DNA of 64,000 nt, from assembly GCA_965206595.1 (NCBI GenBank), contig OZ242214.1, positions 3,808,001 to 3,872,000 of the forward strand, given 5' to 3'. Positions within the stretch are counted from its first letter, which is position 1. Each line of letters starts with the position of its first letter. The position numbers and the translations under genes were made by a program. The DNA is from Candidatus Latescibacterota bacterium. GTDB taxonomy: Bacteria; Latescibacterota; UBA2968; UBA8231. This document shows positions 1 to 9,911 of the stretch, piece after piece. Below the pieces are notes generated by a model, which ran no database searches, had not been told where the DNA came from, and was given only the letters and a program-made list of their open reading frames with translations.

Positions 1-234
1 GACTTCGCCCTCACCGCCCGCTTCTCATACGGCCCCTATCTCGAAGCTCACCCTGAGCTCAGCGCCGGCGACTACACCTTGGAGGACCACCGGAACCGGG
101 AGTGCCGGCCCGATACCATGCTCGCCGTGCTCCGCACCCTCGAGGAGCGCTATTGCGGCGTCGTGGGCTACGCCCGCAACATCGGCATGAGCGAGGAGCA
201 GATCCATTCCCTCCGCGAGGCCATTGTCGAATAG
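1..234 (+). CDS. Partial (5'-truncated by window) tyrosine-phosphatase-family protein, C-terminal end
   Basis: Frame 1 reads DFALT...PDTMLAVLRTLEERYCGVVGYARNIGMSEEQIHSLREAIVE*, typical of IphP/Y_phosphatase3 C-termini (DY.LS...L..L.E.YGS...YL..IG). Confidence 0.6.
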   Translation, partial: DFALTARFSYGPYLEAHPELSAGDYTLEDHRNRECRPDTMLAVLRTLEERYCGVVGYARNIGMSEEQIHSLREAIVE

Positions 235-626
235 GCAGCCAATTGCCGGTTATCCGGAGAGGCTGTCCGCGGTCTCGGTCGTGCGTCTTCTGGAAGAACG
301 AGCGAACGTCGAGATCCGGGTGTGACGTGGTTTCCACGCATCCTGTCAGGGGAAGCGCTTCGCGGTGCTGTTGGCGGGAGACAGCGTGCTCGGTGGCACT
401 TGCCGCTGTTACATATGAAACGAGCTCCCAACCGGGTTCGCGAAGTCTTTGTCGGGACCCCTGACGCCAGCTGCCGCGTTCCTTCAGCAGGACGGCTCTG
501 ACGATCTCGGATGCTTGACACGTCGTCGATCCTCGATCTCTTTCCCCGAATGGGCGGCTCCAAAAAACCCGCAGAGCGGTGACGGCCGCCACCCTTCACA
601 CATCCAGCCTTCAGTCAGACCGAACC

Positions 627-1550
627 ATGGAAAAGACACCCCTGGGAAAGACCGGGCTGGAAGTGAGCCGCCTGGGAATCGGCCTTTCGGAGATCGGTTA
701 CATCCTGACCCGGGACGACCAGGAGCAGGCCGCCCGCGTCCTGAATTCGGCGCTGGACGCCGGCATCAACTTCCTCGACACCGCGGCCTGTTATGGCATC
801 AGCGAAGAGCTGGTGGGCAAAACGGTATCCCATCGCCGCAGCGAGTTCCTGCTGGCGACCAAGGCCGGACATTTCGTCCCTCGCGGGCAGGGCGAAGACT
901 GGACGTACGATGTCGTCGCCAACAGCATTGACCGCAGCCTGCGGCTGATGAACACCGACTACCTCGATCTGGTGCAGTTGCACTCCTGCCGGATCGACGT
1001 GCTCGAGCGCGGCGACGTCACCCGGGCGCTGGAGGACGCCAGGGCGGCCGGGAAGACGCGCTCCATCGGCTACTCGGGGGACAACGAGAACGCCGAATGG
1101 GCCGTCGACAGCGGGCAGTTCGAGACCCTGCAGACCTCCTTCAACCTGGTGGACCAGGGAGCGCGCCGGAAAATCTTCCCAGCCGCCGAAGCCAGGGGCA
1201 TGGGCATCATCATCAAGCGCCCCATTGCCAACGCCGTATGGGGGGCCGCGCGGGATCCCAGGCCGTACGAGCACCTTCCCGAATACACCGCCGAGTACTA
1301 TCGGCGCGCAGGGATGCTGCGCACCGAAGGGCCGCTTCCCGAAGAGCCGGACGACCGCATCCTGCTGGCCATGGGATTCGCCTTCGGCCACCCGGAGGTC
1401 GACGTCGCGATCATCGGCACGAAACAGCCCCAGCACATGCTGGCGAACATCGACCTGGTGTCGAAGCGGCTGCCGATCGCGCCCGAGACGGTCGAAGCGC
1501 TGCGGGATCGCTACGACCGTCTCGAAGAGGACTGGGAACAGTGCGGGTAG
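627..1550 (+). CDS. Aldo/keto reductase
   Basis: LGKTGLEVSRLGIG, GINFLDTAACYGISEE, LATKAG, SLRLMNTDYLDLVQLH motifs; ATG 627 preferred. Confidence 0.92.
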   Translation: MEKTPLGKTGLEVSRLGIGLSEIGYILTRDDQEQAARVLNSALDAGINFLDTAACYGISEELVGKTVSHRRSEFLLATKAGHFVPRGQGEDWTYDVVANSIDRSLRLMNTDYLDLVQLHSCRIDVLERGDVTRALEDARAAGKTRSIGYSGDNENAEWAVDSGQFETLQTSFNLVDQGARRKIFPAAEARGMGIIIKRPIANAVWGAARDPRPYEHLPEYTAEYYRRAGMLRTEGPLPEEPDDRILLAMGFAFGHPEVDVAIIGTKQPQHMLANIDLVSKRLPIAPETVEALRDRYDRLEEDWEQCG

Positions 1551-1617
1551 CTGTCCAGGCGGCAGGATGGCTGCGATTCCAGGAAAGATGTTTCAGACGA
1601 AAGCGGGAGAACGCTGA

Positions 1618-2805
1618 ATGACTGATTTAGGGGAACGCGCGGAAAGCGAACGGGGACATGTACGCATCACCGGGGTCACGGCCATGCAGCTCAGGAATTC
1701 CACCGGGCAAAGCCTGGTGCGCGTGGACACCGACTCCGGTCTATTCGGTATCGGCGAAGCGGGAGCCCGGGGTCCGATGTGCAGGGCGCACCTGGAATGG
1801 CTCGCAGGCAAGGTGCTCCTCGGCGCCGACCCGCTCAACATCGACAAGCTCTATCACCAGATGATGGGGCTGCAGCATGCCTACCAGGCGCACGTACCCG
1901 TGGTCAGCGGCGTCGACATCGCCCTGTGGGACCTGGCCGGGAAGATTCTCGGCGTTTCGGTCAGCGAGCTGCTGACCGGCCGCTTTCGCGAGCGCGTCGA
2001 CATGTATTTCAACGGCGATCCCTCCGACTGGAGCGAGCGCTCCGCGGTCGACGACTTCGCCGCGGAATTCAAGTCCCATCCCTACGGGTTCCGCACCCTG
2101 AAATGCAGCTTCCCGATGCCCGAAGAGGAACGTCTCTCGCGGCCGTTCGCCGGGGCGGAACCGAATCAGTCGCTGAAGGGGAGCGACCTGAAGATCATCC
2201 GGGATGGAGTCGGGACCATGCGCGACGCCCTGGGGTGGGATTACGACTTCATCACTCACTGTCACAACGAATGGGACGTGCCGACCGCGATCGGTATCTG
2301 CCAGGCGATCGAGGAATCGCGTCCCGTCTGGATAGAGGATCCGCTGCAGGTCTGGTCCGGCGACGGCTACCGGGCGCTCAGGGCGTCATCGCGGGTGCCG
2401 GTCTGCACCGGGGAGAAGATCGAGGGGTATCGCGATTTCTTTCCCTTTATCGCCGAGGGGTGCATCGACGTGCTCCATCCCGACCTGTGCTGGTGCGGCG
2501 GCATCAGCGGCGGACGCAAGATCGCCGAGCTCGCCGACCACTTCGGCCTTCCTGTGGCGCTCCACAACTGCGGCACCCTCGTTCACAACATGGCCAACAT
2601 CCATTTCGGAGCGTGTGTGCGCAATTTCAGCATGAGCGAGACGCGCCTGTACGAACACCGCTACATTGCCGACATGGGAGGGCTCGACGGCTTCGATATC
2701 GTCGACGGCAAGATCGCGGTACCGGACGGTCCCGGGTTGGGGATCGAGCTCGTGCCCGAGGTGTTGCGCGCCGAGCTCCCGGAAGGCGAGCCGTTCTGGG
2801 AGTAA
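1618..2805 (+). CDS. Mandelate racemase/muconate lactonizing enzyme family (enolase superfamily)
   Basis: VRVDTDSGLFGIGE, SGVDIALWDLAGKILG, WIEDP, TGE, PDGPGLGIE. Confidence 0.9.
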   Translation: MTDLGERAESERGHVRITGVTAMQLRNSTGQSLVRVDTDSGLFGIGEAGARGPMCRAHLEWLAGKVLLGADPLNIDKLYHQMMGLQHAYQAHVPVVSGVDIALWDLAGKILGVSVSELLTGRFRERVDMYFNGDPSDWSERSAVDDFAAEFKSHPYGFRTLKCSFPMPEEERLSRPFAGAEPNQSLKGSDLKIIRDGVGTMRDALGWDYDFITHCHNEWDVPTAIGICQAIEESRPVWIEDPLQVWSGDGYRALRASSRVPVCTGEKIEGYRDFFPFIAEGCIDVLHPDLCWCGGISGGRKIAELADHFGLPVALHNCGTLVHNMANIHFGACVRNFSMSETRLYEHRYIADMGGLDGFDIVDGKIAVPDGPGLGIELVPEVLRAELPEGEPFWE

Positions 2806-2854
2806 CCGATACACCGCCGCCGATCGGCCCCCGGGAAACGGAAGACAAGGGAAC

Positions 2855-3964
2855 ATGAAGATCGAACGAATTGAAGTAAGGTCGGTCGCTCCCCCGACGG
2901 AGCAGTTCACCTGGTCCGACGATCTCCCGGCGCAGTTCGCGACCAACACGGTGCTGCGCCTGTTCGCCGGCGGCATCGAGGCGGTCTCCGGTGTCTGGAA
3001 CGCGACCTCGTACGGGTTCGAGAAATACACTGCCGAGGCGATCCGTCACGTCGCCCCCATCCTCATCGGGCGCGACCCCCTGCAGCGGGAAGCACTCTTC
3101 CACGACATCCGGCCTCGCGTGTTTCCGCTGCCGCCGCAGGTGCTCGCATCCATCGACATCGCGCTCTGGGACCTGGCCGGAAAAGCTGCAGGGATGCCGA
3201 TCTACCGAATGCTGGGGGCCGCGCGGGAGCGCATCCGCTCCTACGCGAGCACACCGCTGCTCGAGGATGTCCCGGCCTACCTGAAGTTCGTCGAGGATCT
3301 GCTCGGCGAGGGCTACACCGCGGTCAAGTTCCACACCTGGTGCATCCCCGACAGGGACCTCGAGCTGTCCCGCGAGGTGGCGCGGGAGTTCGACACCTCG
3401 AAGACCGACTTCATGCTCGACGCCGAGAACAACTACGACCGCGGCAGCTCCCTGAAGGTCGCCAGGGAGATCGAGGAGCTCGGGTTCACCTGGTTCGAGG
3501 CGCCGCTGCCGGACTGGGATCTCGACGGCTACCGGGAGCTGACCCGCAGGACCTCCATCCCGGTGCTGCCGTCGGGCAACTGGTTCATGGACCTGATGAG
3601 CTTCAGGGAGGCGATCGAGAGCAAGGCCTGGCGCTCAGCCCGCACCGACGTCCACATGATGGGCGGCATCACGCAGACGCAGAAGGCGATCGCCCTGACC
3701 GAGGCGGCCGGCATCAACTGCGAGATCATGTCCTGGGGATACAGCCTGAACTCCGCGGCCAACCTTCACCTGATGCTCGCCCACGACAACTGCTCCTTCT
3801 ACGAGCACTCCGTCCCTCAGAAGCCGTACGAGTACGGGATGATCGACGTCATCCGCTCCGATGCGGACGGCTACGTCCACGCCCCGCAAAAACCGGGACT
3901 CGGCCTCGACGTCGACTGGGAACAGATGAAGTCGGCGACGTTTCACGAATTCACCATCGAATAG
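2855..3964 (+). CDS. Mandelate racemase/muconate lactonizing enzyme family protein
   Basis: IDIALWDLAGKAAGMPIYRMLG, VKFH, MLDAE, WFEAP, KPGLGLDVDW; ATG 2855 after AAGGGA. Confidence 0.9.
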   Translation: MKIERIEVRSVAPPTEQFTWSDDLPAQFATNTVLRLFAGGIEAVSGVWNATSYGFEKYTAEAIRHVAPILIGRDPLQREALFHDIRPRVFPLPPQVLASIDIALWDLAGKAAGMPIYRMLGAARERIRSYASTPLLEDVPAYLKFVEDLLGEGYTAVKFHTWCIPDRDLELSREVAREFDTSKTDFMLDAENNYDRGSSLKVAREIEELGFTWFEAPLPDWDLDGYRELTRRTSIPVLPSGNWFMDLMSFREAIESKAWRSARTDVHMMGGITQTQKAIALTEAAGINCEIMSWGYSLNSAANLHLMLAHDNCSFYEHSVPQKPYEYGMIDVIRSDADGYVHAPQKPGLGLDVDWEQMKSATFHEFTIE

Positions 3965-4012
3965 CGCAGGACCTGCTGTCTGATGGTGTGACTGTGCAGT
4001 TCGGCGGGGGGG

Positions 4013-4723
4013 CTACTTCAGGATGTCGAGAGTCGCTGCGATAACGTCCTCGCCCTTCATCAGCCGGCACTTCGCCTCGCCGATCTTCCCCTCCACGAGT
4101 TGGCCTCGCTCTCGCAGGACCTCCTCCATACGGTCGAAGGCGATCGTGCCCCCCATCATCTCCGTCAAAGTCACCTCCACCTCCCCCCGCGCGGGGTGGT
4201 TGAGGATGACGACTTTCGGGTTTTCCGGTGAGATCGACTTGTGGCGATCGTCTCCCGCATAGTCCTCACCGATATGGATGGCCGAGTTGGACTTGTGGTC
4301 CACGCCCAGCAGTAACACGTAGCCGCCTCTCTTGCACAGCCGGTCCAAGGCGCAATCCCTTCCCAGGGCACCGCGGTCCAGGTCATCCACCAGACTATCC
4401 GCATCCGGTCCGATCGCCGTTGCCGCGTGTGTCGGGTGGAGACTGCGAACGGCTCCCGGGAAGTTTCGCCCCGCTTCCGTGATTGCTCCGTTCAACGAGG
4501 GCGAGACGAGGGGGTCGAAGTACTGGCAGCCGCTGTGGGTGAAGGTCGGCACCATCAGCGTCCCCCCGGGCCCGAGCAATTGCACGAATGCTTCCACCAC
4601 GGTCCGTGCTCCACCCTCGACGCGGCCCATGCTCGACAGGGAACTGTGGACCATGACGCTGTCGCCGGCCTTCAGGCCCATGGCCTCCAGACAGCTGATT
4701 ATTTCGGCTCGGGTAACATTCAT
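4013..4723 (-). CDS. AAC(3)/YokD-family N-acetyltransferase
   Basis: GLKAGDSVMVHSSLSSMG..VEGGA, GTLMVPTFT, RSLHPTHA, LLLGV...NSAIHIGE. Confidence 0.85.
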   Translation of the reverse strand: MNVTRAEIISCLEAMGLKAGDSVMVHSSLSSMGRVEGGARTVVEAFVQLLGPGGTLMVPTFTHSGCQYFDPLVSPSLNGAITEAGRNFPGAVRSLHPTHAATAIGPDADSLVDDLDRGALGRDCALDRLCKRGGYVLLLGVDHKSNSAIHIGEDYAGDDRHKSISPENPKVVILNHPARGEVEVTLTEMMGGTIAFDRMEEVLRERGQLVEGKIGEAKCRLMKGEDVIAATLDILK

Positions 4724-4914
4724 TTCGCTTGCCTCGCGGCAGGTGATGTCGCGGCAGTGCCGTTTATGGAGAGCGTGAGTGTCCCGTCGCAGAAATATGT
4801 CGCCATTGAGACGCCGATCCATCCCGGCTCACGGGGTCCCAATTTTGTCAATCTATCTCTGCGGCGGAACACCAGGCATTGACGCGGCAGAACTCGCCGA
4901 TCGCCGGTCCGGAC

Positions 4915-5886
4915 TCACCGGTACACCGCCTGAATCAACGCCTTGATATAGCCGTTGGAATAGGCGCGGCTTGCCATGCCCGCGGTATCGCTCGGGATTC
5001 CGGGGGTGTGATCCATCATGATCGGCCCCTCGAACCGGACATCCCGGTAGGCTTCCATGGCAGCGACCATATCCATGTCGCCCTCGTCGAGAAACACCTC
5101 TTCGAACCGGTAGGGGGTACCGCGGATGTTGCGAAAGTGCACGAATACGATCTTGTTGCGCTCGCCGACCACGTGGATCGACTGCACGATATCCTCCCCC
5201 ATCTCTGCCACGCAGCCCTGGCAGAACAGCATGCCGCAGGCGTCGCTCGGGACCAGATCGAAAACCCTCTGGAAGTTCTCGATGCTCACCATGATGCGGG
5301 CGGCCCCACCAAGCGGTTCCGGAATCGGCGGGTCATCGGGATGGAAGGCGATGCGCACGCCGACATCTTCGGCAACCGGGACGACGCGCTGCAGAAAGTA
5401 TTCGAGATTCTCCCACAGCCGGTCCTCTGAAATGGCCAGATCCGGATAGTGGGGTGGGTCTTTCAGGTATTTCTCGTAATCGAAGGAGCTGTAGCTGATG
5501 CCGCCGCGACCGTAGGTGCTGCCGGTGCGGAAATGGCTGATCGCATAGAACGTCGTCGTCGTCGCGGGGACGCCCGCCGCGCCGATGGCCCGCAGCACCT
5601 TGATCCACCTCTCGATCTGTTCGTCTCTTCCCGGCAATCCGTGGATTATCCTGTCTCGGGGAATCTGGTTGGCGTGGAAGACGAAAAGCTCCAGTCCGTG
5701 ATCCTCCACCAGCCTTTCCATCTGCTTGAGCTCGTCCGTATGGTCCTCGCCATCACCCATTTCTTCGGGAAGGTGGACCATCAAGGACTCGATGCCGATC
5801 GCCAGGAAGAAGTTGAGCCTGTCAGGGGTAACGTCCTGCCAGTGCAGATAGTCCATCAACCTCGCGCCGCGGGCGCCTACGCTCAT
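4915..5886 (-). CDS. uxuA: Mannonate dehydratase-like protein (UxuA family)
   Basis: GLPGRDEQIE, LWENLEYFLQRVVPVAE, HPDDPP, FCQG, FVHFRN, EVFLDEGDMDM, DHTP; start at 5886 or 5856. Confidence 0.8.
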   Translation of the reverse strand: MSVGARGARLMDYLHWQDVTPDRLNFFLAIGIESLMVHLPEEMGDGEDHTDELKQMERLVEDHGLELFVFHANQIPRDRIIHGLPGRDEQIERWIKVLRAIGAAGVPATTTTFYAISHFRTGSTYGRGGISYSSFDYEKYLKDPPHYPDLAISEDRLWENLEYFLQRVVPVAEDVGVRIAFHPDDPPIPEPLGGAARIMVSIENFQRVFDLVPSDACGMLFCQGCVAEMGEDIVQSIHVVGERNKIVFVHFRNIRGTPYRFEEVFLDEGDMDMVAAMEAYRDVRFEGPIMMDHTPGIPSDTAGMASRAYSNGYIKALIQAVYR

Positions 5887-5896
5887 CGGGTGTCGG

Positions 5897-6832
5897 CTAT
5901 TGCTGTCGGCCGGGGGATTGAAATACAACCGGGGGCACCCGCTGACCGATTCCGAAACCGGGTTCGATGGCGCCGTCCCGCTCCACGATCCGGGCTTTGC
6001 ACAGCTGCGAGCCGAGCACCTCATTGACCTCGACCAGGGCCACCTGCCCACCCCCCTGGTCGTAGAGGGGCAACACGTCGCCCTGCTCTACGTGGTTCTG
6101 ACTGCCGATGCCGAGAAAAACCTCGTTCTCCTCTACCGACAACACCTTGGCATTCTCGCCGAGCAGGTCTATTGGAGGACGTTCGACCAGGGCCCTGACG
6201 ATCTGCGTGCTGAGATCGCCGAAAGCCTGGGCCGTCAGTTCCCCGAGCTGCAGTTCGAAAAACCGGTCGGAAGCGAACTCGGTGGAAAACAGCTCGCGAA
6301 ACTCCTTGTCCTGCTGCCGGGGCCGGCCGAACAGATCCAGTCCCAGCGGCCGCTCTTCCGATTTCCTGGACACGTCGAGGACATCGACGTCCTCTCCGGT
6401 CGCGACCTTGATCAAACGCACATCGCTGAGCGCGACCTGGGACGAATAGCTCTTGTAGCCGATGAGGTTGGGATCCCCCGCGGTGAAGCGGCGCATGCCG
6501 AAGCGATCCACTCTGCCGACGATGACGAAATCCGCCTCCAGGCAGCGGCCGAGGCTGACGGCGTTTTCCCCATCCTCCAGTTCTTCCCGCGCCGCCAGAA
6601 CCGAGTCCATGGGCACGACGTGAACGGTGGCTGCCTTCGACAGATACTGCCCCAGCAGCACGGGGACATCCCTGGCCAGGTTCCAATCCCCCTGAAACCC
6701 CGCGTCATCCTCGAAAGGCAGCAGGGCAATGCGCAGCGGGCTGTCGCCCTGCCACCGAGCCTTGGTTTGCGCCGGCGCCCCCAATCCACCGAAAACCACC
6801 AGGAGCCCGTTGAGGGCGCACAATCCCCTCAC
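5897..6832 (-). CDS. Exported protein with CsgG/FlgT-like alpha/beta domain and C-terminal FlgT-like beta domain
   Basis: Signal-like N-terminus; RIALLPFED...LGRCLEADFVIVGRV...VRLIKVATGE; C-terminal AKVLSVEENEVFLGIG...GDVL; overlaps upstream stop (GTGA). Confidence 0.55.
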   Translation of the reverse strand: MRGLCALNGLLVVFGGLGAPAQTKARWQGDSPLRIALLPFEDDAGFQGDWNLARDVPVLLGQYLSKAATVHVVPMDSVLAAREELEDGENAVSLGRCLEADFVIVGRVDRFGMRRFTAGDPNLIGYKSYSSQVALSDVRLIKVATGEDVDVLDVSRKSEERPLGLDLFGRPRQQDKEFRELFSTEFASDRFFELQLGELTAQAFGDLSTQIVRALVERPPIDLLGENAKVLSVEENEVFLGIGSQNHVEQGDVLPLYDQGGGQVALVEVNEVLGSQLCKARIVERDGAIEPGFGIGQRVPPVVFQSPGRQQ

Positions 6833-7617
6833 TGTTCAGAATCCGTCGCCTGCGTCACTGCCGTCTTCTCGATTTTCCGATCGAATTCAAAAAAGATGTC
6901 CACCGTTTCCAGGGGCTGTCCGGAGGCGTCGAATTTCAGCACGAAATCCTCGAGGGTGAGCTGTACTCGCGCCACTTCTTCATCCAGGGGAGCAAACGCG
7001 AGCATGCCGCTGTAACTCTCACCCTTGAACACCCGCGTATCTTCGAGGTATGCCGAGCTGCGCACATTCCCCATGCGCGTGTCGAAGCGATAGAACTCGT
7101 TGCCGCTCTGACCGCGGACGCTGCGGTAGTAGCGTTCGAAACTCTCGTGCGGGGAATGGGACGGAATACCGTAAGAGTGAAGTACCTCACCGAGGTCGGT
7201 GCGGAGCACGGCCGCGAGAGGATCGAGCAGGACCTTGGCATAGGTGTCATTGCTCACCGTGATCCTGAAGACGGTAAAGCGATTCGGCGTGTGCCCGAGG
7301 ACCGGGTCGATCCAGTTGCCGTACGTGTAGGGATTCGTCGAAAAACGACCCCGGTAGGAATCGTCGGGGAACTCCCCGTTCAGGGCCTCTTCCGTCATGT
7401 ATTCGACCCTGATCCGCAGGCCCGAAAGCGAATAGGTGACGGCACCGTCCCCCTCGACGATATAGCTGTCCGCAGAAGCCTGCACGGCCTGCGGTACGAG
7501 ATGGCTGTTGTAGAGGATCGCCGGAGGCGTGAGAAAACACCCGCTCAGAAGCAGCCAGAATATGCCGAAGGGCATGGCGGACGATCTTGCCGATTTGCCG
7601 GGTTCGGGGATTTTCAT
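6829..7617 (-). CDS. Putative lipoprotein, unknown function
   Basis: Hydrophobic stretch plus LLSGC lipobox; 4-nt overlaps with both neighbours. Confidence 0.65.
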   Translation of the reverse strand: MKIPEPGKSARSSAMPFGIFWLLLSGCFLTPPAILYNSHLVPQAVQASADSYIVEGDGAVTYSLSGLRIRVEYMTEEALNGEFPDDSYRGRFSTNPYTYGNWIDPVLGHTPNRFTVFRITVSNDTYAKVLLDPLAAVLRTDLGEVLHSYGIPSHSPHESFERYYRSVRGQSGNEFYRFDTRMGNVRSSAYLEDTRVFKGESYSGMLAFAPLDEEVARVQLTLEDFVLKFDASGQPLETVDIFFEFDRKIEKTAVTQATDSEQ

Positions 7618-8870
7618 TCTACAGCACCGCCTTCACTGAAGTAGTCGATCTGCTGCTGCGCGATGGAGCCTTCCTGGGTCAGGGCAAAAACGACGACGTT
7701 GATGCCAAACCGCAGCTGCGGCTCATTGCCGAAATTCTCCGCCCATCTGTGGACATAGCCCTTGTCCGAGTACAGGGCGACGAGACGGTTGCCGATGAAC
7801 ACACCTTCGAGCCGATACGACTGCTGCGGGAGAATGCGGCCGGCGATCGCCCACTGCTCCTGTTCCGACGGAACATCCAGCTCCGATCCCACGGGAGGAC
7901 CGTCGAAATCATAGAACACGTGGTAGAGGGGATGGGTATTCGGTATGGGTCGAAACTTGCCCTGTGTCCCCAGTGCATCGCGGAAGATCTGGCGCAACGA
8001 CGCCTCTGCCTGGCTGTACTCCAGCGTGGCATTGGCATTGTCGGCGAAGATGAACCCGCCGCGGCGCATGTATTCTCCCAGGTTCGTGAGCTCCCTCCCC
8101 GTCAGTTCAAAAGCCTCTTCCGCGGTGATGTAAACGAAGGGGGTGCGAAACAGCTCCTGTGAATCGACGAAGAGATGGGCATCGACCCTGGCCGTGATTC
8201 CAGTCTGGGCATTGACTGCGTCGACCAGGTTGGGAATCGCTTTTGCAGCGCTGTCGAAAGCCGGTTCCAGATCGGTAGCCCACGCCGTACCCAGGTACAC
8301 AAACCCCTTGACTTTGCGGCGATCCGTCGGATCCTGAATGATGAGGCCCTTGTACTTGCCGGTATCGAGTGCATCGAGGTCGAGCAGCTCCTCGCGCATG
8401 GCGATGCGCTTCTCCGGCTCTTTGGTCCCGGTGACCCTCGCCGCCGAGAACTGGACGGGTCCGGTCTGAAGGTCGATCTCGACACCGGTGTCGATGGCGT
8501 ACCCGAAGGTCTCGACTCGCCCGAACATCGACGCTCCCGCGAGACCCCTGGACGCGGGCATGGACAATCTGGGCTTCAGGGCGCTCACCTTTTTGGTAAT
8601 GGCTCGCGGCCTCAGGCGCTGGCGCTTGAGCTGGAACGGCTTTGTCGCCCGCGGCTTGCGAATGATGAGCCTGGCGACAGCGGGCGGCGGGGCCTCATCC
8701 TTCGGCAGCGCCACCAAGTAGACGAAGGCCACCCCCAGGAACCCCATGCTGATCAACAGACCGATGGCGACGAGCCGGTTGGTCTCGCCCCGCAGGCGGG
8801 GCCGGTCGATGCGATCGCTCGGGGCGCCGAAGCGGGTGAACGCAGTTGTCGTGAGGTTCGCGTCCATCAT
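7614..8870 (-). CDS. DUF4159-domain protein with N-terminal TM anchor and basic Pro/Arg/Lys linker
   Basis: TM LVAIGLLISMGFLGVAFVYLVAL; PFVYIT, NLGEYMRRGGFIFADN, IPNTHPLYHVFYDFD, LEGVFIGNRLVALY, RFGINVVVFALT. Confidence 0.8.
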   Translation of the reverse strand: MMDANLTTTAFTRFGAPSDRIDRPRLRGETNRLVAIGLLISMGFLGVAFVYLVALPKDEAPPPAVARLIIRKPRATKPFQLKRQRLRPRAITKKVSALKPRLSMPASRGLAGASMFGRVETFGYAIDTGVEIDLQTGPVQFSAARVTGTKEPEKRIAMREELLDLDALDTGKYKGLIIQDPTDRRKVKGFVYLGTAWATDLEPAFDSAAKAIPNLVDAVNAQTGITARVDAHLFVDSQELFRTPFVYITAEEAFELTGRELTNLGEYMRRGGFIFADNANATLEYSQAEASLRQIFRDALGTQGKFRPIPNTHPLYHVFYDFDGPPVGSELDVPSEQEQWAIAGRILPQQSYRLEGVFIGNRLVALYSDKGYVHRWAENFGNEPQLRFGINVVVFALTQEGSIAQQQIDYFSEGGAVE

Positions 8871-9250
8871 TCGGGAACCGACAGGCTGACCACGGTCGAG
8901 GCCGGCCCCAGAAAAGCGTTCTCATCGGCGGCCCTCACCTGGACCTGGAGCACGGAACCGGCTTCGAGACTCAGGCTGGTTTCCTCGAGGCTTCTCGCCT
9001 CCGGATCGTCGACCGAGCGCGTCTCCACGCTCCCCGTTGCGTCGGTAAAACCGACGACGAAGGCGGCGACGTTTTGCGTCGAGTCGATCTGCCAGGACAC
9101 CTGGACCGCGTCCCCATCCACGCTTGCCTCCACATCCGTCGGCGTCGCGAGGTAATTCTGGTGGTACTGCTGGGGCATCTCGACATCGTTGCTGCAGCCC
9201 AGGGCGATGACGAGCATGGCCGCGAGCCCGGGAACCTTGGCTATCGACAT
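8867..9250 (-). CDS. Small lipoprotein with fibronectin type III-like domain
   Basis: ALGC lipobox; PTDVEASVDGDAVQVSW...QVQVRAADE...GPAS. Confidence 0.65.
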   Translation of the reverse strand: MSIAKVPGLAAMLVIALGCSNDVEMPQQYHQNYLATPTDVEASVDGDAVQVSWQIDSTQNVAAFVVGFTDATGSVETRSVDDPEARSLEETSLSLEAGSVLQVQVRAADENAFLGPASTVVSLSVPE

Positions 9251-9284
9251 TCGCAGTTGCCTTCCTCGAACCGGAACGGGGGAC

Positions 9285-9848
9285 TTAGAAGCGGGCCACG
9301 ACGGCCGCTCCGGGAGTCCCGGGATTTGCAAACGGCACAACGCTCACCGACGCGTCCGCACGAGCCGCGGCCCCACCGAGGACCAGGACGTCGACGAGAT
9401 TGTAGCCATACACCGCCACGGCGAGAGCACCGAACAGCCGGCGCCGCGTGTGCGAGCTATCGAGATCATCCTTTTTCTCCGACAGCCGCTGCCAGCTCTC
9501 TTCGGCTTCCTCGAAAGAGCCGCCCTGCCGCAGGGAATGGTAGCGCTCCTTCTCCAGGCTGAATTGCGCCGACTGGGTGTTGTAATCCTCGTGCGATGTC
9601 AACCAGACCACCAGACAGGCCACCTCGGCCACCACCAGGGCGGTGCCGCGGCTGCGATGTCCGGCCGCCAGCTGTCCCAGCCCCGGGAACACCGCGGAGA
9701 GAGCGATTGCCCGAGGCCGCGTCAGCGCCTGCTTGCCGGACCCGAGCCGTTCGCCCGGCGCATCCTCGGCCTGCGTTTGAGCGCCGCCCGCCAGCAGCGC
9801 TCCCATAACCATTGACAGCACCCACCCTCGCTTGCTCATACGCTCCAT
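9285..9848 (-). CDS. DUF5683-like membrane protein
   Basis: AIALSAVFPGLGQLAAG motif, two hydrophobic segments, YGYNLVD, C-terminal Phe. Confidence 0.6.
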   Translation of the reverse strand: MERMSKRGWVLSMVMGALLAGGAQTQAEDAPGERLGSGKQALTRPRAIALSAVFPGLGQLAAGHRSRGTALVVAEVACLVVWLTSHEDYNTQSAQFSLEKERYHSLRQGGSFEEAEESWQRLSEKKDDLDSSHTRRRLFGALAVAVYGYNLVDVLVLGGAAARADASVSVVPFANPGTPGAAVVARF

Positions 9849-9911
9849 GACGCCGTCTCAAATGGCGCCCCCGTGATGTCCTGCGGTGTATGCACGTCGA
9901 AAAGACCCCGC

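Noticed and set aside
235-626. ~390-bp intergenic region with overlapping short ORFs
   Set aside because: No recognisable protein motif, RNA family or repeat found
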